64,000 bases of DNA from Anthoceros angustus (lineage: Eukaryota > Plantae > Anthocerotophyta): positions 744,001-808,000 of the forward strand of contig VJWM01000019.1 of the NCBI GenBank assembly GCA_010909165.1, read 5' to 3'. Below are positions 37,851 to 50,246 of this stretch, one piece after another (position 1 is the stretch's first letter; the number at the start of each line of letters is the position of its first letter). The notes beneath the pieces were generated by a model. It was not told the origin of the DNA, did no database searches, and saw only the letters and a program-made list of their open reading frames with translations. The translations under genes and the position numbers were made by a program.

Positions 37851-38255
37851 CCTAGTCCCTGGCCTCGCAAAAGTGGGACAATACATCAAGTGGTCGTTGA
37901 AGGCCCTTGGGAGATTGAGACATAAGTACAATGTCATCTACATACAAGAGTATAGCGATATATACCAAGGAGAGAAGGCAACTAGGATCATGAGCCTGTG
38001 CAATCCAAGATTCCAGCTCATCAATATATAGGCCAAATAATTAAAGATTTATAGGACTATATAGATCAATTAAACATATTAAATGTATAATTACATACTC
38101 ACAACAATCAAGAAAAGACTTAGTTGATAAAACATGAAAAAGCAACTTAAGCAAAACAAAAAGCTATGCCTATTCACCTAAGGTCGTAACCCTAACGAAT
38201 AGGTGTGACTATTGACTAATCAACCCTATGTATTACCCTAGGTTACTTATTACTT

Positions 38256-39850
38256 ATGGATAAGACTAAACCCTTCCTGGCTGTCTTGGAAGCGGCAGCG
38301 GAGGAGAGGAGAAGTAGAGAAGCTAAACGGAAGGAGCATAAGAAGGCAGCACAGGCGGTTACAACCAGGCCCGAGCTCACGTGTGTGCCGTCTGTGAAAG
38401 AAGTTGATGAGGAGGATGAGAGTGCGGTCGCCGTGGTCATAGGCCCGAGTCTACTAACAAATTCTGAGCAAAGAAAAGAGTAGGAAGAAGAACCTGCAAC
38501 CCTGCAAATTGCTGGCTCCGATCAGCGAGATGGGAAAAGGGGAGTGGATGGTGGCACAGAAGAAGCAACGAGGCCTTCTAAGAAGAGCAGATTAGACGCT
38601 ACCGTGTTGGGAGCGGAAGACGGTGGAGAAGACTCTGCTATTTGACGTATTTTTCGAAGGCAATCGACAGTGCGGATGCTCCCGCAGGGACTCTGCTACA
38701 AGCATAACCAATGCCATTTTACTATTATATTCAACACGTCTATTACTTCACTCCCACTTGTTGATTATGTGTAGGACTGTCCTTCGCAACGCGAGCTCCT
38801 TGTGAAGAAGACTGTGGTTCAGCTGATCCATCTCGAAGTGCTTTCTAAAGTTTACGCTCCGGGACTTGCCGAAACGGCAAACATGACTTGCGCTAACAAG
38901 ACTTTTGGAGATAAGGTGCGCTCTTGTTATACATAGTTCTTCTTCACACTCTCGCGCTCATTTGTACTGAACGCCTGGAGAAGAGGATCGGGTATCTCAC
39001 CATGTCCACTTCTTCTGGTTCCGAGGTTTCTGACCCTCGATGCACACAGCAGGCACGGGACTGCCTAGGGAGGCATCTACTAGAACAGCTGCCTCTGCTA
39101 GTGAGGTGACTAAGAGAGCGGCACAGACGAGTGTGAAGCAGGAAGCTAGCCCTAGCCGCGAGAGACGCCCTAGAGGACGGCCTCCAGGCACTACAAAAGT
39201 TGTCCTTGAGCAGAGGAGAGCAGCTGCTACTGCTACTAAACCATCCAGTGACGCGGCACCCAGCATGGGCACTCCTTGTAGGCTTGCTAAAGAGAGCGAG
39301 AAGCAGTTTTCCAAGGCTGCTTGTGCTAAACGCAGGTTCACAGATGGTGAGTACTTCTACTCAGATTCTGATTCCCGGCCCCTGTTCCATGGAAGTTCCC
39401 TCACGGGGACTATGAGAAAGAGACCAAGATTGTGAGCCTGGGGCCCTGCAACCAGCCATGCTCACCTCTGTGGTACAAGTGCATGTACACCCACATTAGA
39501 GTGGTCAGGGTCAGAGCGTGCAACTACCGCGAGTCCCTTGGCCACGTTATGAGCTTTTACAGTAAGCTTCTTCTCTGCATCTATGAGTTGTTCCTGCTAC
39601 TTTCCTTGCTACAACTGTCCACAGGGTCTGAGAACCGGATCAACGAGGAGAAGGACCTGGAGTCCGAAGAAAGGCTTTCCTACTAGGAGCATAGGAAGCG
39701 TAACTCTCCTAGGTCTGATGAGAGCTTCTCCTCTCCTTCAAAGCGTGACTCTTATGAAAAGCCTGAGGAGACTAGTGAAGAGTCCATCTCCCCTTGGTGG
39801 GGAGACGAACGTTGTGTGTCTGACACAGACCATAGCTTCTAAGCTTTTGT
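38256..39850 (+). pseudogene. Decayed low-complexity ORF with an AT-hook, antisense to and 3' of the Copia RNase H
   Basis: Charged, Ser-rich ORF pieces (38256-38483, 39040-39435) including RRPRGRPPG at ~39160-39190. Several stops. Confidence 0.35.
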
Positions 39851-39860
39851 AGCTCATAGT

Positions 39861-41700
39861 TTATTGTGTGTCAGTTAGGAAAGCAGCAGACTCTCCTAAT
39901 CCCAGACTCTTTACATGTTTCTCATGCAGCTCTTTCGAAAGAGCTTTGGTTAATATATCCGCAGGGTTGTCCTTTGTAGGCACATATTCTAGACGCACTG
40001 TTCCTACTACCACCAGGCCACGGATGTAGTGGTACTCTACACCGACGTGCTTGGTGCGAGCGTGGAACATTGGGTTTTTAGCCAGCACCATTGAACCCTG
40101 ATTGTTTGTTCGTATTGTTGTGCAGGTTGGTAACTGAGTCCCGAGCTCTTGGAAGAGTAATCTGCACTAGACTACCTCTTTGGCTGCTAAGGTAAGTACT
40201 CGATACTCGGCTTCAGTACTTGATGGCGCTACCGTCGGCTGTTTCTTACTAGACCAACAGATACGGCCACCTGCAATACTAACAACATAACCAGACACTG
40301 ACTTCCTTGTGTCTATGTCTCCTGCATAGTCAGAGTCGGTATAAACATCCAAGTCAAGAGTTTGGCCTTTCTGGTGACAATACTGGATACCCATGTTCGG
40401 AGTTCCCTTTAAGATATATGAATACTCGCTTCACACAAGTCCAATGATGCTCTTGTCCTGGATTTTCGAGGTACTGTGAGAGAACACTAGTTGCATAAGC
40501 TATCTCAGGTCGTGTTGTATTAGCTGCATAGATGAGCTTTCCTACACCCTTTGCTGCTTCTCTGTTTTTGTCACTGGAGATATAGAGGTCCTAAGCTTCA
40601 ATCCACTTGGCAGGGGTGTTGCTCCTGGTTTGGCGTCCTTCAGCCCTAACTGCTCAACACTTTCAAGTAAGTACCGAGGTTGTGTGAGGGTTATAACTCT
40701 CTTACTTCTTTTGCGCTGAATATGTATTCCTAGATAGCTGCTTAAAGGTCCGAGATTGGACGTCTTGAATTGTGTAGCCAGCATTTTAGTTATCACCTGT
40801 TGTTACTGGACAGGATCAAGTCATCGACATATACTGCCAGGTAACACACAACATCTTCCTTAATGTAAACGTACAAGCTGCCATCAGCTGGACTCTTCAC
40901 AAAGCCTAATGCATGCAGTTCCTCATCAAGGACTGCATTCCATTCCATGGCTGATTGTTTTAGCCCATAGAGTGTCTTGATTAGCTTACAGACATGGTCC
41001 TCCTTTCCTTTGACCTCATAGCCCGAAGGCTGTTGCATATAGATTTCAGTATCAAGCTTTCCATGCAGAAAAGCTGTCTTTACATCGAACATCTGTAGTT
41101 CGTAGTCATTATATGCTGATATTGCACACAGCGTGCGCAGGATTGCAAGCTTCACGACAGGAGCAAAGGTCTCCAGATAATCCAGACCTTGAACCTGAGA
41201 GAACCCTCTTGCTACGAGTCGAGCTTTGTATCTGTCGAAAGTTCCATCAGCTTTAACATTCTTTCAACTTGAAGACCCACTTACACGAGACCATCTTCCA
41301 TCCTAGAGGTAACTTAGTAGTTCCCATGTGCCATTCTCTATGAGAGAATCATATTCAAACTGAATAGCTTTCTCCCATTCTTTGTGGTCAGGTCTACGCA
41401 AGGCTTCATCATAGGACTGAGGTTCAATCAGGTTCAACAAAGTAGTTGCATAGGCATGAACAGAGGATGACGAGACACAGAAGTCTAGAGCACGGTAATA
41501 GTCAAGTGGTCTCCGGTCACGAGTAGAATACCGACGAACTGGTTCAGGCTCGACAACAATGGGATCTGCAACAAGGCCATCAACATCAGCACCAACAACA
41601 AACACGGTATCTTTTGAAGGGGGTGAATATCCGAACCCCCTTCTGTGATATGAAAACCCTCTTAGCACATTCCACACAGTCCCGAAATATGCGTTTTACC
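39861..41700 (-). mobile_element. Ty1/copia pol remnant (integrase C-term linker, RT, RNase H)
   Basis: EPQSYDEAL...WEKAIQFEYDSLIENGTW; RYKARLVARGFSQ; FDVKTAFLHG; LYGLKQS; YLAVYVDDLI; YTDSDYAG; ARTKHVGVEYHYIR; NPADILTKAL. Confidence 0.95.
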
Positions 41701-41741
41701 TCGTTTTCAAGAAAGGTCGACCGTTTTCCAACGAGTAGTTA

Positions 41742-42340
41742 CACTACTAGGAAAAGTGTACTTTTACCACGGACATTACTACGGACTTTACAACGGGTTT
41801 TACTACTCCCGTAGTAAAATGGCAGTAGTAATCACATGGCGTTAGTATCCGTGGTAAAGTCCAGTACAATGGCGATACTCCGTATTCTATACGGAGTATG
41901 TACGGAGTATGTTATTGAAGTCTACCGTATACTAGTTACTCTATAAATTACCAAACCTTTTACCACGGTATTTACTACATCGAACAACCACGGACTTTAC
42001 TATTGGCCTAATCGTGGTTAAAAATAATGGTTAGTTAATCGAGATTAGCTAACTACAGTATATTAACTGCAGTTAAATGAGTGGGTTTGGTTAATCATAT
42101 GTTGACTATAGTTAATTTATCACGGTTAAGTAATTAGACAGCTCCGTTGTAAATTCTGGGTTCCGTTGTAAATCTATCCGTTGTAGAAAAAGACCCTGTA
42201 GTAATATTTTATAGTAAATATTCGTAGTAAAATTTTGTAGTAAACATCGTAGTTAACATACGTAGTAAAATTCTATAGTAATAATACGTAGTAAAATTCT
42301 GTAGTAAAAGTATGTTGTAAAATTCTATGTAAAATTCATG
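41742..42340 (+). mobile_element. CACTA (En/Spm) 5' terminus with subterminal TTACTAC/GTAGTAAA repeats
   Basis: CACTACTAGGAAAAG starts at 41742, close to where Copia homology ends, and is followed by dense direct and inverted 7-8 bp repeats. Confidence 0.7.
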
Positions 42341-44189
42341 ATTGTGGCCAGAGACATCATTGACGCAGTAGCTACAAAGCGTTCCTGAAACTTGAAACTT
42401 TTACAGTCAGACGTGCTCACTAAACTTGGAAAACTCTTGTTTGTTCACAATGAAGAGGCCACTTGCCTTAAGGCCATAGAGGTTGCCCGCAGACATCATT
42501 ATTGTCGGACCTAGCTTTCCACATGATGCAAATGATATCTCCGAACCGATGGAAGGACACGGAAGCGGCTTTTACTTGAGGAACCTTTGCTTGTTGCTCG
42601 TCCGGACCTTGCAAGATTCTTGATAACGTCGTCCTAAGACGAGCTGTTATTCTGGAAAGATTAATGCCAAAGCGATGTGAAGGGGATCGGGATATACACA
42701 TGCAATTCGCTGTCAATAATGTAGTGGGGCATAAGCGAACCTCCTTCAAGTAAATGCACCACTTGGACACTTACCAGGTACTAACACTCAAGCGGCCTTG
42801 AGCGGTGAGAACATCTTGCTGGCGAAAAGCTTGAAGATAGTTAAGAAGTACAGCTCAAATCATTGGCACAAGCCCTGAGACACAAAAGTAATTGTCCAAG
42901 ATCATTTTGATTACTCTTGTTGGATACTAGAGTGTCTGAGAGCATGCTTCACTAGTGGCCATACCTTGAACACTTGATTGATATTGGTTGCAAGATATGC
43001 ATCAACTTCACATACATCAATGTACTGGAGGAGACTAAGTTAGAACCACCTTGTAAGTATTTTTCTCACAAAATCCAGCTTGACTTTAAGTACTCACGAC
43101 GCCAATGCCCTTAGAAAACTTGAGGCTACTTTGTCGGTAAATGACTCATAAGCCCGTGGTCCTGCCTTTACAAGTGTCGAGCGAGGAAGTCCGTCTACGC
43201 TCCTAAGATACATGGCTAGGCGACTTTCCTCGTCGATAAAATTTGCAAGAAGATCCTCATCGTCCTCATCATCCTCCCCGCCCCACGTCTCCCTTTGGTG
43301 CGCCATTTGAGAGGTGTGTGTCGTGAGACACATTTCGAACGAAATTTTAGAGCAGACCTTGTTCGATTGCTTCTACACAAGACCGCTAAGGGGACAAGGA
43401 AATACACGTGACATCTAACACACAAAGATCCCACCCTCTTATTCAAGCGACTGGTTTAGCAAATCCACGACCAAAGAATATGTCTCGACACAATAATCGC
43501 CCAAACAGATTTTGAATTTTGTCGCTAAACTAGCAACATCGTCCATAATGTAGTAGGCATCAAGAACCGCCAGCCAAGCGAACATGTCTCGGTCCCAAAA
43601 TCCATTCACGAACCCCTATGTTGTAACCACGAACAAACGAGGCAATACAATAAAGATCAAGTACTTCACTATTCATAATCCCACCTCAGACAAAGAAGAG
43701 ATAACTTCTCGTTTGACTGGTAGATAACTCACAGTGGCAAAATGTTCCTCCTGAAAGTTGTGGCAAACACCATGGAGCATGCTGTCAACCTTGTCCAGTG
43801 TACTTTGGAGCCACACCTAGAATATCAGAACATCACAAAAGATATGTTTACAACTTGTACGTGTTCCTACATCACTTTCCCATCACAGATACCAAATGCG
43901 GTAAAACTTCAGGCTCTGACATGTAGTTCTCACGACGCCAATGCCCTTAGAAAAATCTAGAGTTTATGTCCCTCTATCCTTGCCGGACCTAGTACCCACC
44001 TCAATACTGTGGTTAACCTCCTTGATTGAGGTAAGCTGTGAGCAACTATCAAAAAGAAGCATGCACTCGAGCACATCTGCAGCCTGTGAACAAAGCATAC
44101 ACAGTGTTTTCGTAACAAGCGGTGATACTTGAGTACATGCGGCTCACGACAAACTTGAGCACCCAATGTGACCGGGCATTGGGTGTTGG

Positions 44190-44480
44190 GTAACATTCGC
44201 TAACGTGACCTTGCTTGAAAGGCCCCACATCACGGTCTTCGAGCTTCAACCTCCAGATCAAGCAGCCGCACGTGGCCATGGTGGGGCAGAGCGGGTCGTG
44301 GAAATCCACCATCGTAAGCCTCATCGAGGTACTACGACCCCTTGGCTGGCACGATCCTGATCGACGGCAAAGACATCACGCTGTACAACCTCTGAGCCCT
44401 CCGTGCGCACATAGGACCTGTAGGACAGGAGCCCACCCTCTTTGCCGCCTCCATCCGCGACAACATCGCCTACAGCAAGC
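44190..44480 (+). pseudogene. ABCB: ABCB (MDR/PGP) transporter nucleotide-binding-domain fragment, first half
   Basis: FNLQIK...VAMVGQSGSWKSTIVSLIE (Walker A); [44 protein letters not shown]. Confidence 0.88.
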
Positions 44481-44567
44481 CAACCTGCACAGAACCACGG
44501 CCTCTCTAATCATACAAGAGCACACGGCTGCCTCATGACAAACTAGCCATGGACCATGCACCTCACC

Positions 44568-45400
44568 TCAATGGCCTTGCTAGGAGCCACTCGGATGACA
44601 TTGATTGCATTGCCTCGGAACAGTCCTGTCTAGCCTTCATGGGCCATGATCCATTGGAAAACCTCCTTCACAGACCTACCATGGCTTCCCACCATCAAAT
44701 GTGTCTGATTGTCTCCAATGGTGCAAGCTGCGGTGGGAGACACAGCTCCTGCAATTGCCCCACTCAACAATCTTTTACCGGACCGTCCTAGTTTCAACTT
44801 AGACGTGGCCCTCCCCATAGGTGCGGCAACCTCGCTCGCTTTCTCCTTGTCACTTCCTCCTCGTCGCGACATGGAGTTGGCCTTGAACTTGAGCTCTAGC
44901 AACGCATAGTAATCCAGCCAACTGGGATTGAGGTCCTTCCCAGCAACATCCAGCGAGCTAAAGCGTCAAGGTTAGATTTTGGCCTCACCGCTCCAACGCT
45001 CGACTTACTAACCAACTCGTCGATCGCACCATCGGTGCCCGGACTCAATAACCAGTTCCGGACCTTGAGCTCGAACACGGAATTGAAGTCAACGGTGAGC
45101 ATCCGCGAAATCGTTATGCGAGAAGAATCAGCCCCGACAAGGCCTCTATCCGCCACACGAGATCTTGCAGCAGGCTGCGGCTTCCATCCCTTCTCACCCA
45201 CCGCGACCACAGGTTCCAAATCCTTCCGTTGCAGAAACAATCTAAGCCTAGAGAAAAGGGGGACAGGAGAGAAATCGGATGCATCGGAGTCGTAGTTGGA
45301 GTCAGGGGGATGTGGGGAGTACTCCACATGGGTACCGGGAAAGAGCTGATCCACGGCATCCAAAACCTCATCTTCACGTCTACACACTCGCAAAGGCCCT
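44568..45400 (-). pseudogene. BT1: 5' fragment of a BT1/Brittle1-like mitochondrial-carrier-family adenine nucleotide transporter
   Basis: KRLLSGAIAGAVS...THLMVGSHGRSVKEVFQWIMAHEG*TGLFRGNAINVIRVAPSKAIE ends at a GTGAG donor. Contains a stop and frameshifts. Confidence 0.82.
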
Positions 45401-45719
45401 TCTTCACGCGCCTTCCGAGAACGTGATGGTGCTCTTCACCGGCTTGATACAAGGAGAAAGATTTAGCGAACCCACAGCGGCGTCGGCATCCACAAGAACT
45501 CCGCACGGCGAACACGCCCGAAAAGGAATCCTTCTCCTTCCTCTCCCGATGGCTGCGGAAGATTGGGATCCGCCCAAAGTGCCACTTCCACAATCCCGCC
45601 TCGGCTCGCCCGGTTTCCGAACACGGAAGCCCGCAAATCGCCTTCCTAACTCCACCGGGTGGCGCAAATCTAACCCTAATTTCAGTCCACGTTGGTCAAT
45701 GTGCGATGAGCGGTGAATT

Positions 45720-46091
45720 GCGGCTTCTGCCGGACGGATATGACACCTTCGGCGCCGGGCTGCGGTTGTCGGGAGGCGAGCGGCGGATAGCCATAGCTGT
45801 GGCGGTGAAGAACCCAGCCATCCTGCCATCGGGCGAGGCCACCAGCGCCCGGACGCAGTAATCCGAGGCCGTGGTGCGAATGCCTTGGATAAAATCATGG
45901 TGGGCGAGCAGCGGTGGTGGTGGCTCAGGCATCACAATCCGGCAGCCAACACCATCGCTGTCCTTCAGGAGGGCCGCATTCTTGAGCAAGGCACGCACCA
46001 GGAGCTCATTGCTAAGGGCGACAGCGGTGCGTACTTCGCTTTAGTACAAATGCAAACCAAGCACCAAACGCAGCCAACTGGTATATCATGA
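45720..46091 (+). pseudogene. ABCB: ABCB nucleotide-binding-domain fragment, second half to the C-terminus
   Basis: LPDGYDT...LSGGE.RIAIA.VKNPAIL..EATSA (signature and Walker B region); LDKIMVG...ANTIAVLQEGRILEQGTHQELIAKGDSGAYFALVQMQ. Confidence 0.88.
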
Positions 46092-46659
46092 ATGTTGAGG
46101 AAACGAAACGCTTACGGAGTTGGTCTCCCCTCCCCATGTGGCTTCACCGGGCTCCATGGATGTATGAAAGGAGGGCCATGTTACCCTTAAATCCTACTTG
46201 AGTTTGTTAGCTTGTGAAAGGATTTGGAAAGTTTGTTTCCCATTGACTTACCATGTACCTTACAATTGAAATTGTGTGAAATTAAAAAATTGTTTTGCTC
46301 ATACTTGTTGTAAAAATAATACATCCTGTCTCTAACCACTCGAGAGCAAGATCAGCCGGGCACTTTCATCAGATCCAAGTTCGGGCAAGCACGCTCAGAC
46401 CTAGGTTGTGGCTTCCTTGACTGGATTGCAGCACAACGACACTTTTTAGAAGTCTACTACAGAGCTGCCCAACGGCGATGTAGAGATTATCCGTAGGAGG
46501 ATTTTTCAGCATGTCCCCGCCTGTCGCAGGCCCCCTTTTGTTCTCGTTTTACATGTCGGCCTAGCCCAAGCCTTAACTGATGTACACCCCGGTTACCTCT
46601 ACTATTATTCTTTTTAGGGTAATAAGATGTGGTTTATCATCAAAACCCATTCTAAATTA

Positions 46660-46980
46660 GTGTTGTTGTAAACGACCGGTGTCTCGTCGTAAAGGGTCTT
46701 GTTGTAAACCCTACAGGGGTGTAGTAAACTATTGGATGTTGTAAACTACCATTGGCATGTTGTAAAAGAATCCGTTGTAATGGAGAAAGTCCTGTAGTAA
46801 ATTGTAGGTCTGTAGTAAACAAACATGCCATCGTTGTAACGTCCATAAGCTCTGTTGTAAATAACAAGTGCCCCGTAGTAAAATCCATTTTGTTTTGCCA
46901 CGTCAGCTATTGCGCCTTTGGCAAAACAAGCCCTGTAGTAAAGTTGGAATGAGTGTTAGTAAATTCAGGGCTATACTTGA
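46660..46980. repeat. Cluster of TGTAGTAAA/TGTTGTAAA repeats like the CACTA subterminal repeats at 42170-42340
   Basis: Same short motif repeated more than 10 times. No TIR found adjacent. Confidence 0.6.
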
Positions 46981-48194
46981 AAATAAACTTGAAAATAATA
47001 CATGGACTTGCATGACGGATGCGGGCAAATCTTCTCCCTCTCTTGTGAGTACCTGCAGGCATTGAAGCTGCTTCCTACGACCAGATGGGGCGTGCACGCC
47101 TTGTGATCACACCATGGGCTGATGGCGCGCTGCATTCCTGAGTACCTGCACCGATCTTACAAGCGCTTGAGTCCTTATGAGGATTTTGATGGGCTGTGGC
47201 TATGGGGAGGCCAGTGGCTTCATCCTTCTCTTTCTTCCAGGTTGTTCGCATGCACAAGGGCACACGATGAAGGATTTCAGAAGTTGCAGGATGGCTGCCA
47301 AGCATCTGTATGGCCTCCGGACTTCTCCCTTGAACATCAGCCGTTGCAGGAGCTATGTGAGCAAAGCGCCCGCGTGCATCGCGTTTCTGGGTTCGTGAGG
47401 AATGGAGCCGGCGCGGCGGTGATGGCCAACCTGCGACAGAGTGCACAGATTCCGAAGAAGATGCCCCCGATGCCATCTCCGTCGCCAACCTGCAGCACCA
47501 ACCGGAAATCGTGAGCGGGACAACGTCAGCCAACCAACAAATATCCGTCTTTAGGCTTCATGATAAATGCCTATTTTCTATTTTCTATTTTCTTATTTTA
47601 TGTCCTTATTTTGGGCTATTTATTAATAATGATAAATGCCTGTTTATTAATGGTTTAAGTTGGAGTTTCTTTTGGCTGCTTAACTTGTTAGACTTAAGAA
47701 CTTTTAAGCCACCTAAGGTCATTTTCCTAGCTTAATCTCACCCTCATCTCATAGTGAGTGGGAGTGATAAAATATATATAGGTGCCCTAGCAAATATAGC
47801 GCACTATTCGCTAGAGCACCTATAAATCCCTAGAATTAATTATTAATTAATTGCTAGGGCTAGAAGTAGTTTCTTAGGAAGTTAAATAAGTAGTTAGTTG
47901 TTATATTGGTTATATTGGTTACAACCACCTATAACCGTTTGTACTATATAAACACTTGCTCCAAGTAACATAATCAATGCTAAGCGCATTTTAGAGCAAG
48001 CTATGATTCTCATCAGGGACCCGTCTTGCCAAGCTGCAAAATACCAAGTTGTCCAGCAAATTCAAACGCACGACACCCGTAAATAAGTACATGTTTTCAC
48101 TACTAGACCATACAAAACTCATTAATTATTTATTACTAATTTATATACATATATACTAACTTTTACTGTACATTTCAAAATAAATTCCAAAACT

Positions 48195-48275
48195 TAGCCT
48201 TGGGGATTCGAACCCAAGAATTGCTGCTGGCATAACAAAACAATGCTTAACTACTAAACCCCAATTCTTGGGTCC
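48195..48275 (-). other. tRNA-like or SINE-head-like sequence with pol III A- and B-box-like motifs
   Basis: Minus strand GGGGTTTAGTAGTTAAGC...CTTGGGTTCGAATCCCCAAGG has a B-box/T-arm hairpin. No convincing anticodon arm. Confidence 0.3.
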
Positions 48276-48830
48276 CAAGAAACGAACCCTGCAACGTAAA
48301 GTAGTAGGTAGAGTATATCACCTCCTGATATAAGAATGTACATACTAGCGTCGGCTTTGCTTCTTCTAAAGCCTCGTTTTACTAGCTTAACATGTATGGT
48401 TACATTCCATTCCTTTCCAGATTGTTTCAAACCATAAATACATTTAATAAGTTTGCATACCCAGTCTTCCTTGCCTTGAACCTTATAACCCTCGAGCTGT
48501 CTCATATAGATTTCTTCTTTCAGACGGCCATATAGATAAGCTGTCTTTGCGTCCATCATATGGAGGTGGAAATCATGTTGTGCAGTTAAAGCGAAAATCA
48601 TTCGAAGGGAAGCAAACTTGGCTACTAGAGCATATGTGGCATAAGGTAAATAATCTAGTCCTGGAATCTGAGTAAATCCTCTCGGCACTAGTCGCGCTTT
48701 ATAGCGTTCAATAGAGCCATCTCCCTTGTGTTTAATTTTGAAAACCCATTTGCTGGTGACAATTTTTCTCTTTTTGGGTGGCCTAACTGTTTCCCATTTA
48801 GAATTCTTAACCTCATGGACTGCCATTAAT
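48254..48830 (-). mobile_element. Second Ty1/copia RT fragment, truncated at the YV(DD) motif
   Basis: IVTSKWVFKIKHKGDGSIERYKARLVPRGFTQIPGLDY; MDAKTAYLYG; IYGLKQSGKEWN; YLLLYV, then loss of homology. Confidence 0.93.
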
Positions 48831-49320
48831 AAAATAAATAATTAGTACTTCCTATACATCTTAGCCTGGGATAGTTACTCAAGTGGTTTGGAAACAGTCG
48901 AAGGAGGTGTGTATCAACGAGAAGGACTCTTTGAAAGCGCAGGTGGTTTCTTTGAATGCTCGTCGGCTGAAGACCAAAACTGAGGAGGACTGAACGAAGA
49001 CTCAAGGGCTTTGGGCGAGAACGATAGCTTCGATAAACAGGAACTGGAGCGAATTCAAAATTTGGTCATCGTGATGGATTCGGAGTCCGCTCTAGCACCC
49101 GATAAGTCACAAGTTAGCCATAGAGAGTAGGTTTACAGGATTGTAGGCACCTAGATGTGCTTCTTCTCTGTGTTCGTAATAACTTTTGGACCCGTTGCAG
49201 TGAGGCAATTGATGATTTCATTTTCCCCTCTTCCTCAAAAACGAAGCGAAGGGGCTGGCTGGCCGGCGCCTTCGCTTGGATTTGTTGTCGTTGTGTGTTG
49301 GAAACGGGTTTTCATGATAA

Positions 49321-49413
49321 CACTACTAGGAAAAGTATACTTTTACTAATTGCAGTTTTACAACAGGGGTGCATTTTACCACGACTGCCTATTTTAAAGG
49401 AGGAAAGAGCGCG
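49321..49413 (+). mobile_element. CACTA 5' terminus of the same family as 41742, interrupted by the gypsy insertion
   Basis: CACTACTAGGAAAAGT.TACTTTTAC is shared with 41742. Similarity stops before TGTCGCG at 49414. Confidence 0.7.
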
Positions 49414-50179
49414 TGTCGCGCCAAAGCCGCATAGCAGGCATGGACGCACACGCTATGCCATCAAGGTGATTGTCAAAAGTTTTCAACCACTTTTTGCGGA
49501 CTCCTTGACCCACACCCTTGACTACATGAATTGTCACTACATCCGCACCGTAATGCTTGCAAATTGCAAAAATCCACTCTATTTGGAATGGTTCTCCTCT
49601 TATGCACACACCACTACTTGAATCACACACAAGATACATGAAAACCGCTTGGGATCTCTATGGCTGTTCTCTTGAATCAGACATCAACAATCCGCGCTCA
49701 ATGACGGATTGTTGGATTTTTGTAGCCTACACCGCCGCCGATCTTAATCACCGGCCCGAATTCCGAAGAGTCGTGAGCACGCCCGCACACGCCGGAAGAT
49801 CTTCGCCGCTGAGCCTTAATTACGCTTGTCCGTATTCTGAGCATATGGCTCATGCAGCCATGATACCATCCTATCTCTACACACATGCTATGCATCATGC
49901 CATCACATTCCCAGTATACGCATGCAGTCATGGTTCATGCATCACCTCTCCTCACAAACTTATACTGGACACACACATGTCATCACACCCCAGACCCTAC
50001 CTGCCTATCTCTACCTCTATATGCCATGACAGCTGTCGCGCCACAACCGCATGGACGCACACGCTATGCCATCAAGGTGATTGTCAAAAGTTTTCAACCA
50101 CTTGTGTGCGGACTCCGTGACCCACACCCTTGACTACATGAATTGTCACTACAGCCGCACCGTAACGCTTGCAAATGGC
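49414..50179 (-). repeat. 3' LTR-like block of copy 1 with ~150-bp direct repeats at both ends (49414-49568, 50034-50179)
   Basis: Both repeats start TGTCGCGCCA and end in AA(T)TGC/AATGGC. The adjacent CCCCCCTGCC reads as a G-rich PPT-like tract on the minus strand. Confidence 0.7.
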
Positions 50180-50246
50180 CCCCCTGCCAAAGTTGGGCTG
50201 CGTCGGAAAGAAACCGGTCACGTATCTGGAAGCACCACTTTGGCAT

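Noticed and set aside
42468-44200. Ulp1-like protease or TnpA-like gene inside the CACTA, with a ~30-bp repeat at ~43093 and ~43930
   Set aside because: No catalytic His/Asp/Cys pattern could be assembled across frames.
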